Source: an uncultured Gemmatimonadaceae bacterium (GTDB taxonomy: Bacteria > Gemmatimonadota > Gemmatimonadetes > Gemmatimonadales > GWC2-71-9). Taken from it: a DNA stretch of 64,000 nucleotides. Position 1 is the first letter of the stretch. Each line of letters begins with the position of its first letter. Below are positions 39,672 to 50,636 of this stretch, in pieces. Under the pieces are notes generated by a model that ran no database searches, was not told where the DNA came from, and saw only the letters and a list, made by a program, of their open reading frames with translations. The stretch spans positions 12,224 to 76,223 of the forward strand of contig CAZNLY010000007.1 of NCBI GenBank assembly GCA_964574295.1. The letters run 5' to 3'. Position numbers and translations under genes: made by a program.

Positions 39672-40262
39672 TTAGCCCTGCTGGGAAGGAGAATCAACGC
39701 GGAGGAGGAGGCCCCCCTCCTCCCGGTACCGCGAGCCGCAGGCCTGGCAGGTGCCCTGCCCCGAGGCGAGGTGCAGCCGGACCCCGCACTGGCACATCCA
39801 CCCCACGCGCCGGGCCGGAACCCCGACCATGAGGGCGTAGTCGGGCACCGAGCCCCGGACGACCGCGCCGGCCCCGATGAAGGCGTAGGCCCCGAGGGTG
39901 CTCCCGCAGATGATCGTGGCGTTGGCGCCGATGGTGGCCCCGCGGCCCACGCGCGTCGCCTGGTATTCCGCCTTCCGGCTCACGTGGCTGCGGGGGTTGA
40001 TCACGTTGGTGAAGACACAGCTCGGCCCACAGAAGACGTCGTCCTCCAGCTCCACGCCCTCGTAGATCGAGACGTTGTTCTGCACCTTCACGTTGTTGCC
40101 GATCCGGGTGCGGGGCATCACGACCACGTTCTGCCCGAGGTTGCACCGCTCGCCGATGACGGCCCCCGGCATCACGTGGCTGAAGTGCCAGATCTTGGTG
40201 CCGGCGCCGATCACGGCGCCGTCGTCCACGAAACTCGAGGGATGGACGAAATAGTCGGCCAT
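39672..40262 (-). CDS. Left-handed beta-helix (hexapeptide) sugar N-acetyltransferase (WbpD/WlbB-like)
   Basis: 196 aa. Hexapeptide repeats (IGAGTKIWHFSHV, IGERCNLGQNVVV, IGNNVKVQNNVSI), FCGPSCVFTNV, and a C-terminal CxC...CxxC tail. Confidence 0.85.
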   Translation of the reverse strand: MADYFVHPSSFVDDGAVIGAGTKIWHFSHVMPGAVIGERCNLGQNVVVMPRTRIGNNVKVQNNVSIYEGVELEDDVFCGPSCVFTNVINPRSHVSRKAEYQATRVGRGATIGANATIICGSTLGAYAFIGAGAVVRGSVPDYALMVGVPARRVGWMCQCGVRLHLASGQGTCQACGSRYREEGGLLLRVDSPSQQG

Positions 40263-40271
40263 GGGGGCTCC

Positions 40272-41240
40272 TCAGGCGATTGGCGGGAGCGCCTCGGCGC
40301 TCCCGTCAGGACGGATGAGCTTGACCTCCGGCTCGAGGTCGGCGCCAAAGCGCTGGTGCACCACCGTCCGCGCATGGGCAATCAGCGCCCGCACGTCGGC
40401 CGCGGTGGCGCCGCCGGTGTTCACAAAATAGTTGGCATGCCGCGGGCTGACTTCAGCCCCGCCGATGCGGTGCCCCTTGAGCCCTGCCGCCTCGATGAGC
40501 TGCCCTGCGGTGCGGGGGCCCCCCTCCCGCTTCCAGCTGGCCCCTCCCGGATTCCGGAACACGCTTCCGCAGCAGGGCTGGTTGAAGGGGGTCCCCTCCG
40601 AGCGCCACCGGAAGAGTTCCGCCAGTTCGTCCTCGATGATCTTCGGGTCCTCGGGACGGAGCCGCACCGTGGCCTCGAGCACCACCTGGCCGGCCAGGCC
40701 GCTCGAGCGGTAGGCAAAGGGGATCTCCGCGCGGCCCAGCACGCGGTCGCGCCCCGCAGGGTCGGTGACCACCACCCGCTCCACGAAGTCCTTCCACTCC
40801 GCGCCGTGGCATCCGGCGTTCATGAAGACCCCGCCGCCGGCCGTGCCCGGCACTCCCACGAACTTGTGCAGTCCGAAGCACCCCGCCGCCGCCGTGCGCC
40901 GGGCCGCGAGGGGCGCCGGCAGCCCGGCGCCGACCCGCCACTCGTCTCCGTCGCGGGTGAGCTGGTCGAGCCCCTTGCCCAGCCGGATGACCAGGGCCTC
41001 CATCCCCTCGTCGGGCAGGAGGAGGTTGGAGCCGAGTCCCAGCGCGAACCAGGGCACCCCGGCCTCCGACGCCGCCCGCAGCGCGGTGCCGACGTCCTCC
41101 GGCACGGCAGGCAGGAGGACGGTGGCGGGCCCGCCGATCCGGTAGGTGGAATAGCGCCCGAGCGGCTCGTCGGTGCGGACCTCGCCGCGGACCCGCGCGC
41201 GGAGCGCCGCGACGAAGGCAGGGTCGCGGGCGGTGCTCAC
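40272..41240 (-). CDS. murB: UDP-N-acetylenolpyruvoylglucosamine reductase
   Basis: The GTG at 41240 overlaps the carB stop (GTGA). [25 protein letters not shown] and [12 protein letters not shown] are MurB hallmarks. Confidence 0.9.
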   Translation of the reverse strand: MSTARDPAFVAALRARVRGEVRTDEPLGRYSTYRIGGPATVLLPAVPEDVGTALRAASEAGVPWFALGLGSNLLLPDEGMEALVIRLGKGLDQLTRDGDEWRVGAGLPAPLAARRTAAAGCFGLHKFVGVPGTAGGGVFMNAGCHGAEWKDFVERVVVTDPAGRDRVLGRAEIPFAYRSSGLAGQVVLEATVRLRPEDPKIIEDELAELFRWRSEGTPFNQPCCGSVFRNPGGASWKREGGPRTAGQLIEAAGLKGHRIGGAEVSPRHANYFVNTGGATAADVRALIAHARTVVHQRFGADLEPEVKLIRPDGSAEALPPIA

Positions 41241-44200
41241 GCCGGCTCGGCGGCACCCTCGCGGGCCAGCGCGTGCCACTCCTGCAGGGAGCAGACGGTG
41301 CGCGCGCGGCTGCGCAGGGCAATCACCGCGTCGCAGGCGGCGGAGGCGGCGGAGAGCGTGGTGGTGTACGGCGTGCGGTGTTGCAGGGCGGCGCGCCGCA
41401 GCAGGTAGTCGTCCTGCTGGGTCAGCTTGCCCAACGGGGTGTTGATCAGGAGCTGGACGTCGCCCGACACCAGCAGGTCGATGGCGTTGGGCCGGCCCTC
41501 GTGCACCTTGAGCACCCGCTGCGCCGGGACGCCGCGGGTGCGGAGGTAGCGGGCCGTGCCCTCGGTGGCCACGATCCGGAACCCCAGCTCGTGGAACCGG
41601 CGCACGATCGGCACCACGTTGGCCTTGTCGTGGTCGTTCACCGTCACGAAGATGGTGCCCTCGAGCGGGAGGCTGCCGTCGGCGCTCGCCTGCGCCTTGG
41701 CAAAGGCCATCCCGAACGAGTCCGCGATCCCCATCACCTCGCCGGTGGAGCGCATCTCGGGGCCGAGGATCAGGTCCACCCCCGGCAGCTTGCTGAACGG
41801 GAAGACCGCCTCCTTGACCGCCACGTAGGGCTGGAGGACGTCGTCCCGGAGGCCCAGCGCCTCGAGGGTGCGGCCCGCCATCACCGCGGCCGCCATCGAG
41901 GCCAGCGGCACCCCGGTGGTCTTCGAGACGAACGGCACCGTGCGCGACCCCCGCGGGTTGACCTCGAGGACGTACACCCGCCCGTGCTTGATGGCGTACT
42001 GGACGTTGATGAGGCCGACGACCCCGAGCCGCAGCGCGAAGGCCCGCGTGTGGCGGCGCATTTCCTCGACCTGGTCCTCGGTGATCAGGTAGGGCGGGAG
42101 GACGCAGGCGGAGTCGCCGGAGTGGATGCCGGCGTCCTCGATGTGCTGCATCACGCCGCCGATGATGCACTGCTGCCCGTCGGCGATCGCGTCGACGTCG
42201 GCCTCGAAGGCGTCCTCGAGGAAGCTGTCGATCAGGACGGGATGCTCGGGCGTGACCCGCGTGGCCGAGGCAAAGTACGCCTCCAGCGATGGCCGATCGT
42301 AGAGGATCTGCATCCCCCGCCCGCCCAGCACGTAGGACGGCCGCACCAGGATCGGGTACCCGATCCGCTCGGCGACGGCGACGGCCTCGTCCACCGAGAG
42401 CGCCGCGCCGCTCGGGGGCTGCGCCACGCCCAGCTCGCGGGCCAGCGCCTCGAACCGGCCGCGGTCCTCGGCGGCATCGATGGCGTCGGGCGAGGTGCCC
42501 AGGATCGGCACGCCGGCGGCCTCCAGGCCGCGGGCCAGGCGAAGGGGCGTCTGGCCGCCCAACTGCACCACCACGCCCATCGGCCGCTCCACGTGGACGA
42601 TCTCGAGCACATCCTCGAGGGTGAGCGGCTCGAAGTAGAGGGCGTCGGAGATGTCGAAGTCGGTGGAGACGGTCTCGGGGTTCGAGTTGACCATCACCGT
42701 GCGATAGCCCATCTCGCGGAAGGCCAGCACCGCGCGGACGCAGCAGTAGTCGAACTCGACCCCCTGCCCGATCCGGTTGGGCCCGCTCCCGAGGATGATG
42801 ACCGCCGGACGCCCGTCGGGGACGGCCTCGTTTTCCTCGTCGTAGCAGGAGTAGAGGTAGGGCGTGGCCGAGGGGAACTCGCCGGCGCAGGTGTCCACCA
42901 TCTTGTAGACCGGCCGAACGCCGTGCCGGTGGCGGAGGGCGCGGAGGTCGCCCTCGGAGATGCCCCGCAGCCGCGCGAGCTGGATGTCGGAGAACCCCAT
43001 CCGCTTCATCTGGCGCAGCGCCTCGGCGCCCGGCTCGCCCGGAAGCGCGGCCCACACCGCCTCCGCCTCCACCAGCTCGGCGAACTGGTCGATGAACCAC
43101 GGGTCGATGCCGGTCCGCTCGGCAATCTCGGCCGCCGGCATCCCGAGCTGGAGCGCCCGCTTGACCTGGAACATCCGCTCCGGGGTCGGCGTCCGCAGCG
43201 CGGCCTTGATGCTCGCCGGCTCGGCGTCGGGCAGGCGGTCGGCGGCCGGCGTCACCCCCGGCACCCACCCCGGCCGGTCGATTTCCAGCCCCCGCATCCC
43301 CTTCTGGAAGGCCTCCTTGAAGGTCCGGCCGATGGCCATGACCTCGCCCACCGACTTCATCTGGGTGGTCAGGGTGGCGTCGGCGGTGGGGAACTTCTCG
43401 AAGGCAAACCGCGGCACCTTGACCACCACGTAGTCGAGCACCGGCTCGAAGGAGGCCGGCGTCGTCTTGGTGATGTCGTTGGGGAGCTCGTCGAGCCGGT
43501 AGCCTACGGCCAGCTTGGCGCCGATCCGCGCGATCGGGAACCCGGTGGCCTTGGAGGCGAGCGCCGAGGAGCGGGACACCCGGGGGTTCATTTCAATCAC
43601 GAGCTGCGTGCCGGTGGCGGGGTCCACCGCGAACTGGATGTTGCAGCCGCCGGCCGCCACGCCGACCTCGCGGATGATCGCCAGCGCGCTGTCGCGCATG
43701 CGCTGGTATTCCCGGTCGGTCAGGGTCATGGCGGGCGCCACCGTGATCGAGTCGCCGGTATGGACGCCCATCGGGTCGATGTTCTCGATCGAGCAGACGA
43801 TCACGACGTTGTCCGCGCCGTCGCGCATCACCTCGAGCTCGTACTCCTTCCACCCGATCACGCTCTGCTCGACCAGCACCGAGCCCACCGGCGAGAGCTC
43901 GAGGCCCCGCTCGATGAGCGCCTCGAACTCCTCGCGGTTGTAGGCGATGCCGCCGCCGGTGCCGCCCAGCGTGAAGGAGGGCCGCACGATGGCCGGGAAG
44001 CCGGTGTGGGCGACGGTCTCCAGCGCCTCGTCGAGGGTGCGGATGGTCCGCCCCGCCGGGGTGGCCAGGCCGAGCCGCGCCATGGCGAGCGCGAACTGCT
44101 CCCGGTCCTCCGCCAGGGCGATGGCCCGCGCGTCCGCCCCGATCAGCTCCACGCCGAACCGGGCGAGGGTGCCGTCGTTGGCCAGGGCCATCGCCACGTT

Positions 44201-44488
44201 GAGGGCGGTCTGCCCCCCCATCGTCGGGAGGAGCGCGTCGGGCCGCTCCCGCTCGATGACGCGCGCCACCCACTCCGGCGTGACCGGCTCGATGTAGGTC
44301 CGGTCGGCCAGCTCGGGGTCGGTCATGATGGTGGCGGGGTTCGAATTCACCAGGATGACGCGATACCCCTCCTCCTTCAGCGCGCGCACCGCCTGCGTGC
44401 CGGAGTAGTCGAATTCGGCTCCCTGTCCGATGACAATCGGGCCCGAGCCGATGAGCAGGATGGAGGAGAGGTCAGTCCGCTTCGGCAT
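41237..44488 (-). CDS. carB: Carbamoyl-phosphate synthase large subunit
   Basis: The ATG at 44488 gives [33 protein letters not shown]. Duplicated ATP-grasp halves (second: [22 protein letters not shown]) and a C-terminal MGS-like domain. 1083 aa. Confidence 0.95.
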   Translation of the reverse strand: MPKRTDLSSILLIGSGPIVIGQGAEFDYSGTQAVRALKEEGYRVILVNSNPATIMTDPELADRTYIEPVTPEWVARVIERERPDALLPTMGGQTALNVAMALANDGTLARFGVELIGADARAIALAEDREQFALAMARLGLATPAGRTIRTLDEALETVAHTGFPAIVRPSFTLGGTGGGIAYNREEFEALIERGLELSPVGSVLVEQSVIGWKEYELEVMRDGADNVVIVCSIENIDPMGVHTGDSITVAPAMTLTDREYQRMRDSALAIIREVGVAAGGCNIQFAVDPATGTQLVIEMNPRVSRSSALASKATGFPIARIGAKLAVGYRLDELPNDITKTTPASFEPVLDYVVVKVPRFAFEKFPTADATLTTQMKSVGEVMAIGRTFKEAFQKGMRGLEIDRPGWVPGVTPAADRLPDAEPASIKAALRTPTPERMFQVKRALQLGMPAAEIAERTGIDPWFIDQFAELVEAEAVWAALPGEPGAEALRQMKRMGFSDIQLARLRGISEGDLRALRHRHGVRPVYKMVDTCAGEFPSATPYLYSCYDEENEAVPDGRPAVIILGSGPNRIGQGVEFDYCCVRAVLAFREMGYRTVMVNSNPETVSTDFDISDALYFEPLTLEDVLEIVHVERPMGVVVQLGGQTPLRLARGLEAAGVPILGTSPDAIDAAEDRGRFEALARELGVAQPPSGAALSVDEAVAVAERIGYPILVRPSYVLGGRGMQILYDRPSLEAYFASATRVTPEHPVLIDSFLEDAFEADVDAIADGQQCIIGGVMQHIEDAGIHSGDSACVLPPYLITEDQVEEMRRHTRAFALRLGVVGLINVQYAIKHGRVYVLEVNPRGSRTVPFVSKTTGVPLASMAAAVMAGRTLEALGLRDDVLQPYVAVKEAVFPFSKLPGVDLILGPEMRSTGEVMGIADSFGMAFAKAQASADGSLPLEGTIFVTVNDHDKANVVPIVRRFHELGFRIVATEGTARYLRTRGVPAQRVLKVHEGRPNAIDLLVSGDVQLLINTPLGKLTQQDDYLLRRAALQHRTPYTTTLSAASAACDAVIALRSRARTVCSLQEWHALAREGAAEPA

Positions 44489-45433
44489 CCGCGACGTCCT
44501 TGAGAATCTGGTCCAGCCCGATCGTGGGCCGCCACCCGGTGGCGGCGGTGAGCTTGGAGGCGTCGCCGACCAGGTGCGGGATGTCCGCGCTCCGGCGCAG
44601 CGACGGGTCAGGTACCGGCTCGGCGGCGACGCCCAGGTGAGCGGCCAGCCGGCGGAAGAGCTCGCCGAGCGCGATGCCGCTGCCGGAGGCGACGTTGTAC
44701 GCCTCGCCGGACTCCCCGCGCCCCAGGAGTGCAAGATAGGCGCGGACGACGTCGCGCACATGGAGGAAATCGCGCACGGGGTCGAGGTTGCCGACGGGCA
44801 CCGTGGTGGCGCCGCTCCGCCGGGCGGCGCGGAGCCGCGCCGCGAAGGCCGGCGTCACCGCGCGGTCGCTCTGCCCCGCACCGGTATGCGGGAAGGGCCG
44901 CGCCACGACCACGCGGAGGCCGGTGCGGCGCGCCACCTCGAAGGCCGCCACCTCCGCACCGACCTTGCTCGCCGCATAGGGGCTGGTGGGCACGAGCGGA
45001 TCGGTCTCGACGCGGAGGCGCGGCGGGCCGGCGGGGCCGGTGCCGTACACCTCCGCCGTCGAGACCACCAGCAGACGGGGGTCGGCCGTGCCCCGCTCCC
45101 GCGCGCGGCCGAGCGCCTCCGCCACCCGTGCGGTGCCGGAGGCGTTGATGGCCCAGGCGGCGCCGGCGTCGCGCCGGGCGTCGGCGCCCGAGGCGATCGC
45201 CGCCAGGTGGACCACGGCGTCGGGGGCCCCGGCCAGCGCCGCCTCCACCGAGGCGGTGTCGAGCACCTCGATCGGCACCCGCGTCACGGCGGCCCGCTGC
45301 TCGCGCGTGAGCCCCGGCACCTCCAGCGGCCCCCCGGGCCGGATGCATGCCCGGACCTCATGCCCCGCCTCGAGGAGTGCGCGCACGAGGTAGCGGCCGA
45401 CGAATCCCTCGGCGCCGGTGACCCAGACGCGCA

Positions 45434-45434
<1 letters not shown>
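44472..45434 (-). CDS. rmd: GDP-4-dehydro-6-deoxy-D-mannose reductase-like SDR (Rmd-like)
   Basis: The ATG at 45434 gives [16 protein letters not shown], with SPYAASK (YxxxK). Its position immediately after gmd supports the Rmd call. The stereochemistry and product are inferred. Confidence 0.7.
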
Positions 45435-46471
<1,037 letters not shown>

Positions 46472-46505
46472 TCATCAGGGCCGTAACCGATTGAGGGACA
46501 GGACT

Positions 46506-46697
46506 ATGGCACGGGTTTGCACCGTGTGTGGCAAGGGGCCGGTCACCGGCCACAACGTGAGCCACGCCAAGAACCGCACCAACCGCCGCTGGTATCCGAA
46601 CCTGCAGACCGTGCGCGTCCTCAAGGACGGGGCGGTGCGCCGGGTTCGCGTCTGCACCCAGTGCATCAAGGGGAACAAGGTCGCCAAGGCCAGCTGA
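46506..46697 (+). CDS. rpmB: 50S ribosomal protein L28
   Basis: The ATG at 46506 gives [34 protein letters not shown]...CTQCIK. 63 aa, zinc-ribbon (C+) form. Confidence 0.9.
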   Translation: MARVCTVCGKGPVTGHNVSHAKNRTNRRWYPNLQTVRVLKDGAVRRVRVCTQCIKGNKVAKAS

Positions 46698-46747
46698 GCC
46701 GGGCCGGCCGCCGGGCACCGGCGCCCCAAACATGGCGGCATCGCCGT

Positions 46748-46775
46748 AAAAAAGGGGACCCTCGCGGGTCCCCTT
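46748..46775 (-). terminator. Rho-independent terminator of rplQ (also serves convergent rpmB)
   Basis: AAGGGGACCC (46752-46761), loop TCGC, GGGTCCCCTT (46766-46775). A 10-bp stem. On the minus strand it is followed by TTTTTT (46753-46748). Confidence 0.7.
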
Positions 46776-46804
46776 CGCATTGCCGGTGGCGCCAGCGAGC
46801 GGCG

Positions 46805-47161
46805 TCACTCGGAGAGCAGCTCGATGCGGGCCACCTCGGCGCCGTCGCCGGGGCGGTGACCCATCTTGAGGATGCGGGTGTACCCGCCCGGCCGGGCCGC
46901 GAAGCGGGGCCCGAGCTCCTTGAAGAGCCGGCCGAGCACCTCCCGGTCCTTGATCCGGCGCTCGACGAGCCGCAGGGCGTGGAGGTCACCCCGGCGGGCC
47001 AGGGTGATCAGCTTCTCGGCGTAGGGCCGGAGCTCCTTGGCCTTGGCCTCGGTGGTCGTGATGCCGTCGTGCTTGAAGAGGCTGGTGGCCATGTTGGCCA
47101 GCAGCGCGCGACGGTGGGACGCAGTGCGGGAGAGCTGCCGACCCTTGGCGCGATGGCGCAT
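46805..47161 (-). CDS. rplQ: 50S ribosomal protein L17
   Basis: 118 aa. MRHRAKGRQLSRTASHRRALLANMATSL...TTEAKAKELRPYAEKLITLA. Confidence 0.95.
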   Translation of the reverse strand: MRHRAKGRQLSRTASHRRALLANMATSLFKHDGITTTEAKAKELRPYAEKLITLARRGDLHALRLVERRIKDREVLGRLFKELGPRFAARPGGYTRILKMGHRPGDGAEVARIELLSE

Positions 47162-47162
47162 G

Positions 47163-48224
47163 TCAGGCCACCTCGCCGTTGCCGGACGCCGCCGGGGCGG
47201 CCGGGGCCGCCGGCGCCTCGCCCGCCTTCGGACGGAGGATGCCGGCGAGCTCGTCGAACACCTGGCCGAAGGTCAGGCCGTCCTTCTGGAGCAGTTCCTC
47301 GATTTCCGCCACGGCCTTCTCGCCGACGTTCTTGACCTTGAGGAGCTCGTCGGCCGAGTAGGCGATGAGGTCCTGCACGGTGCGGATGTTCGAGTTCTTG
47401 AGCGAGTTGAGCGACCGGACCGAGAGGCCGAGATCGTCGATCGGGCGGGCCAGACGCTGGCGGAGGTCGGCGCCGGCCTCGGAGAGGAAGGCCACCGGCT
47501 CGCGCATGACGGGCACCTTGCCGAACTCGACGAAGTACCGGAAGTGCTCCTGGGCGAGCGCGGCCGCGTACGCGATGGCGTCCTCGGGCGAGATGGTGCC
47601 GTTGGTTTCCACCGAGACGGTGAGCCGGTCGTAGTCGGTACGCTGGCCGACGCGGGTTTCCGCCACCGTGAAGTTGGCGCGAGTGACCGGGTTGTAGATC
47701 GAGTCGATCCGGACCAGGTCCACCGGGAGCGAGCGGTCGAAGGGGTGCAGCTCCGACTCCACGTAGCCGCGGCCCTTGTTCACGTAGAACTCGGCGTTGA
47801 CCTCGCGATCCTCCTGCACGGTGAAGAGCAGGTGGTCGGGGTTCACGATGGTCACCGAGCCGTGGCCCTGGATGTCCCGCGCGTAGACCGGCCCCGGGCC
47901 GCTCTTCTTGACGTGGAGGACGGCCTCGTCCACCTCGGGCGCCAGGACCAGGGTGAGCCCCTTGAGCCGCTGGACGACCTGGTGGATGTCCTCGAGCACG
48001 CCCTGGACGGTCTGGTGCTCGTGCACCACGCCGTCGAGGCGGAAGCCCCAGACCGCGCTGCCGCGGAGCGAGGAGAGGAGGAGGCGCCGGAGCGAGTTGC
48101 CCAGCGTGTAGCCAAAGCCCCGCTCCAGCGGCTGGAGGCGGAACTCGGCGGCGTTCGGATGGTCCTCCCGCCGGGTCATTTCGACCTGGTGGGGGCGGAC
48201 GAGTCCGGTGAGATCGATGCTCAT
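47163..48224 (-). CDS. rpoA: DNA-directed RNA polymerase subunit alpha
   Basis: 353 aa. LERGFGYTLGNSLRRLLLSSL, and a C-terminal domain LSVRSLNSLKNSNIRTVQDL. Confidence 0.95.
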   Translation of the reverse strand: MSIDLTGLVRPHQVEMTRREDHPNAAEFRLQPLERGFGYTLGNSLRRLLLSSLRGSAVWGFRLDGVVHEHQTVQGVLEDIHQVVQRLKGLTLVLAPEVDEAVLHVKKSGPGPVYARDIQGHGSVTIVNPDHLLFTVQEDREVNAEFYVNKGRGYVESELHPFDRSLPVDLVRIDSIYNPVTRANFTVAETRVGQRTDYDRLTVSVETNGTISPEDAIAYAAALAQEHFRYFVEFGKVPVMREPVAFLSEAGADLRQRLARPIDDLGLSVRSLNSLKNSNIRTVQDLIAYSADELLKVKNVGEKAVAEIEELLQKDGLTFGQVFDELAGILRPKAGEAPAAPAAPAASGNGEVA

Positions 48225-48238
48225 GGGTATGCCACCAC

Positions 48239-48874
48239 TTACTTCGAGTAGAGCTCGACGATGAGCTGTTCCTGCGCGTTGACCGGGATGGCCTCGCGCG
48301 TGGGACGCTCAACGTACCGGCCGGCGGCCTTGTCGCCGTCGACGGAGAGCCAGGACACCGGGGCGCCGCGGGAGGCGAACTCCTGCGCCGCCTTGACCGA
48401 CACCATTTCGCGGCTGGCCGGGGCCACCCGCACTTCCTGGCCGGGGAGCACGGTGTACGACGGGATGTCCACCCGGCGGCCGTTCACCTCGACGTGGCCG
48501 TGCATGACGAGCTGGCGCGCGGCCTTGCGGCTCGAGGCGAAGCCCATCCGGTACACGATGTTGTCGAGGCGCGACTCGAGCGCCACCAGCAGGTTGGTGC
48601 CCTTGACGCCCGGCTCGCGGGTGACCCGCTCGAACAGGTTGCGGAACTGCGCCTCGGAGAGGCCGTACATCCGCTTGACCTTCTGCTTTTCCCGCAGCTG
48701 GCGGGAGTATTCCGACGGCTTGCGGCCCCGGCCGGTGCTCTGGCCGTGCTGGCCCGGGGCGTAGGCCCGGCGCTCGACGGCACACTTTTCAGTGAGGCAA
48801 CGCGTGCCCTTGAGGAAGAGCTTCGTGCCCTCGCGGCGGCAGAGCCGGCAGCTGGCACCCGTGTAGCGTGACAT
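48239..48874 (-). CDS. rpsD: 30S ribosomal protein S4
   Basis: 211 aa. MSRYTGASCRLCRREGTKLFLKG.RC...YAPGQHGQ. Confidence 0.95.
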   Translation of the reverse strand: MSRYTGASCRLCRREGTKLFLKGTRCLTEKCAVERRAYAPGQHGQSTGRGRKPSEYSRQLREKQKVKRMYGLSEAQFRNLFERVTREPGVKGTNLLVALESRLDNIVYRMGFASSRKAARQLVMHGHVEVNGRRVDIPSYTVLPGQEVRVAPASREMVSVKAAQEFASRGAPVSWLSVDGDKAAGRYVERPTREAIPVNAQEQLIVELYSK

Positions 48875-48877
48875 GGC

Positions 48878-49279
48878 TCAGACCCGCCGCTTCTTGGGAG
48901 GACGGCACCCGTTGTGGGGAATCGGGGTGACGTCGCGAATGGAGACGACACGCAGGCCGACGGAGGCCAGCGCCTGGATGGCCGACTCGCGGCCGCTGCC
49001 CGGGCCCTGGACCCGCACGTGCACGCGGCGGACGCCGAGGTTCATGGCCTCGCGCCCGGCGCCCTCGGCGGCCACGGTGGCGGCAAAGGGCGTGGACTTC
49101 TTGGAGCCCTTGAAGCCGGCCTTGCCCGCGGTGCCCCACGCGATGGCGTTGCCCTTCATGTCGGTGATCGTGATGAGCACGTTGTTGAAGGTGGCCGAGA
49201 TGTGGGCGATGCCCTCGGACTCGACGACCTTCTTGGTGCGCTTGGCGCTTGGCGCCTTCGGCGGAGTCGGTGCAGTCAT
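48878..49279 (-). CDS. rpsK: 30S ribosomal protein S11
   Basis: 133 aa. [20 protein letters not shown]...[18 protein letters not shown]...[18 protein letters not shown]. Confidence 0.95.
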   Translation of the reverse strand: MTAPTPPKAPSAKRTKKVVESEGIAHISATFNNVLITITDMKGNAIAWGTAGKAGFKGSKKSTPFAATVAAEGAGREAMNLGVRRVHVRVQGPGSGRESAIQALASVGLRVVSIRDVTPIPHNGCRPPKKRRV

Positions 49280-49281
49280 GG

Positions 49282-49662
49282 TTACTTCTTGGTCGCCTTC
49301 TTCTTGCCGGCAATGGCGCGCCGCGGACCCTTCTTGGTCCGGGCGTTGGTATGGGTGCGCTGGCCGCGCACGGGGAGGCCCTTCCGGTGGCGCGTGCCCC
49401 GGTAGCTGCCGATGTCCATCAGGCGCTTGATGTTCATGGCGACTTCGGTGCGGAGCGCGCCCTCGACCTTGAGCGCCCGCTCGATGTACTGGCGGAGCCG
49501 GGCCACCTCGGCGTCGGAGAGGTCCCGCACCCGGGTGTCGGGGTTGACGCCCGACTCGGTCAGGATCCGCCCGCTGGTGGGCCGCCCCACGCCGTAGATG
49601 TACGTGAGTGCCACCGCCACGCGCTTTTCGCGCGGAAGGTCCACGCCTGCGATACGCGCCAT
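49282..49662 (-). CDS. rpsM: 30S ribosomal protein S13
   Basis: 126 aa. [25 protein letters not shown]...[24 protein letters not shown]. Confidence 0.95.
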   Translation of the reverse strand: MARIAGVDLPREKRVAVALTYIYGVGRPTSGRILTESGVNPDTRVRDLSDAEVARLRQYIERALKVEGALRTEVAMNIKRLMDIGSYRGTRHRKGLPVRGQRTHTNARTKKGPRRAIAGKKKATKK

Positions 49663-49664
49663 GA

Positions 49665-49781
49665 TCAGCCCTGCCGCTGCTTGTGCTTGGGATTGCGCTT
49701 GCAGATGATGCGAACGACGCCCTGCCGCTTGACGACTTTGCAGTGCTCGCAGATCGGCTTCACGCTCGAACGAACCTTCAC
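49665..49781 (-). CDS. rpmJ: 50S ribosomal protein L36
   Basis: It is not in the ORF track because it is too short. Manual translation of the minus strand gives (GTG)[41 protein letters not shown] lies 7 nt upstream. Stop TGA at 49665-49667. Confidence 0.9.
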   Translation of the reverse strand: MKVRSSVKPICEHCKVVKRQGVVRIICKRNPKHKQRQG

Positions 49782-49817
49782 GGATATCTCCAAGGCCAGA
49801 CTTTGATGTAGCTCAGC

Positions 49818-49846
49818 AATATAGATCGGGGTCTGGGTGTACGCAA
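49818..49846 (-). promoter_or_regulatory. Sigma70-like promoter for rpmJ-rpsM-rpsK-rpsD-rpoA-rplQ
   Basis: On the minus strand TTGCGT (49846-49841), 17 nt, TATATT (49823-49818), about 35 nt upstream of the rpmJ GTG. It lies in an AT-richer intergenic stretch. Confidence 0.55.
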
Positions 49847-49955
49847 GGGAACCCCTTCCCCTGCAAGGGGATCGGGCCCCTCGGCGGGGCGCCGGCTTGA
49901 CGAACCGCGGCGTTTCTTGTCTAAGCTATTGGGAAGAAAGGGCTTTCCGGTGGGA

Positions 49956-50636
49956 CTAGCCGGCGGCGTCGGCCTGGAGCTCCGCCAGGACCGCCGCGGG
50001 GTCGCCCGCCAGGAGCAGGGGACGGCCCACCACGAGGTGCGTGGCGCCCCGGCGGGCCGCCTCCTCGGGCGTGGCGGTGCGGGCCTGGTCCCCGGCCTGG
50101 TCGCCGGGCCGGCGGATGCCGGGCACCACCACCCACGCCCCCGCCGGGAGCCGGGGCCGCACCACGCCGATCTCGTTGGGCGAGCAGACGACGCCCCGGA
50201 GCCCCGCGGCGGCGGCGGTCCCGGCCAGCCGCGCGACCTCCGCCTCGATCGGCACGTCCCGGCGACCGGTCGCCGCGGCGTAGTCGGCGGCGGTGTGGGA
50301 GGTCAGCACCGTGACCCCGACCAGGCCGACCCTGCCGGCGCGTGCCTGCGCGGCGCGGAGCATCGCCTCGCCGCCCAGGGTGTGCACCGTGGCCATCGCG
50401 ACGCCGAGGGAGGCCGCCGCCTCGACGGCGCCGGCCACCGTATTCGGGATGTCGTGCCACTTGAGGTCGAGGAACACCCGCAGCCCACGCGCCTCGAGTT
50501 CGGCCACGAGCGGCGCACCCTCCCCCGTCATCAGCACCGGGCCGACCTTGACCCACCGCAGCGCCGGGAGCCGGTCGAGCAGCCGGCGAGCGGCGCCTGC
50601 GGACTCCACGTCCAGCGCCAGGATGATCTCAGCCAT
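49956..50636 (-). CDS. pyrF: Orotidine 5'-phosphate decarboxylase
   Basis: 226 aa. ILALDV, VKVGPVL, FLDLKWHDIPNTV and VVGRPL. Confidence 0.9.
   Translation of the reverse strand: MAEIILALDVESAGAARRLLDRLPALRWVKVGPVLMTGEGAPLVAELEARGLRVFLDLKWHDIPNTVAGAVEAAASLGVAMATVHTLGGEAMLRAAQARAGRVGLVGVTVLTSHTAADYAAATGRRDVPIEAEVARLAGTAAAAGLRGVVCSPNEIGVVRPRLPAGAWVVVPGIRRPGDQAGDQARTATPEEAARRGATHLVVGRPLLLAGDPAAVLAELQADAAG

Noticed and set aside
41273-44503. A 1076-aa plus-strand ORF opposite carB, plus the similar long ORFs at 35835-37817, 39771-41408, 19648-21780 and 26912-29143
   Set aside because: Each lies opposite a strongly supported gene. None has recognisable motifs. All show the typical high-GC antisense composition.
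49897-49926. A plus-strand promoter-like element TTGACG-(17-19 nt)-TAAGCT in the pyrF-rpmJ spacer
   Set aside because: No plus-strand gene lies downstream. The following plus-strand ORF (49917-50777) is antisense to pyrF and looks artefactual. The minus-strand promoter at 49818-49846 explains the spacer better.
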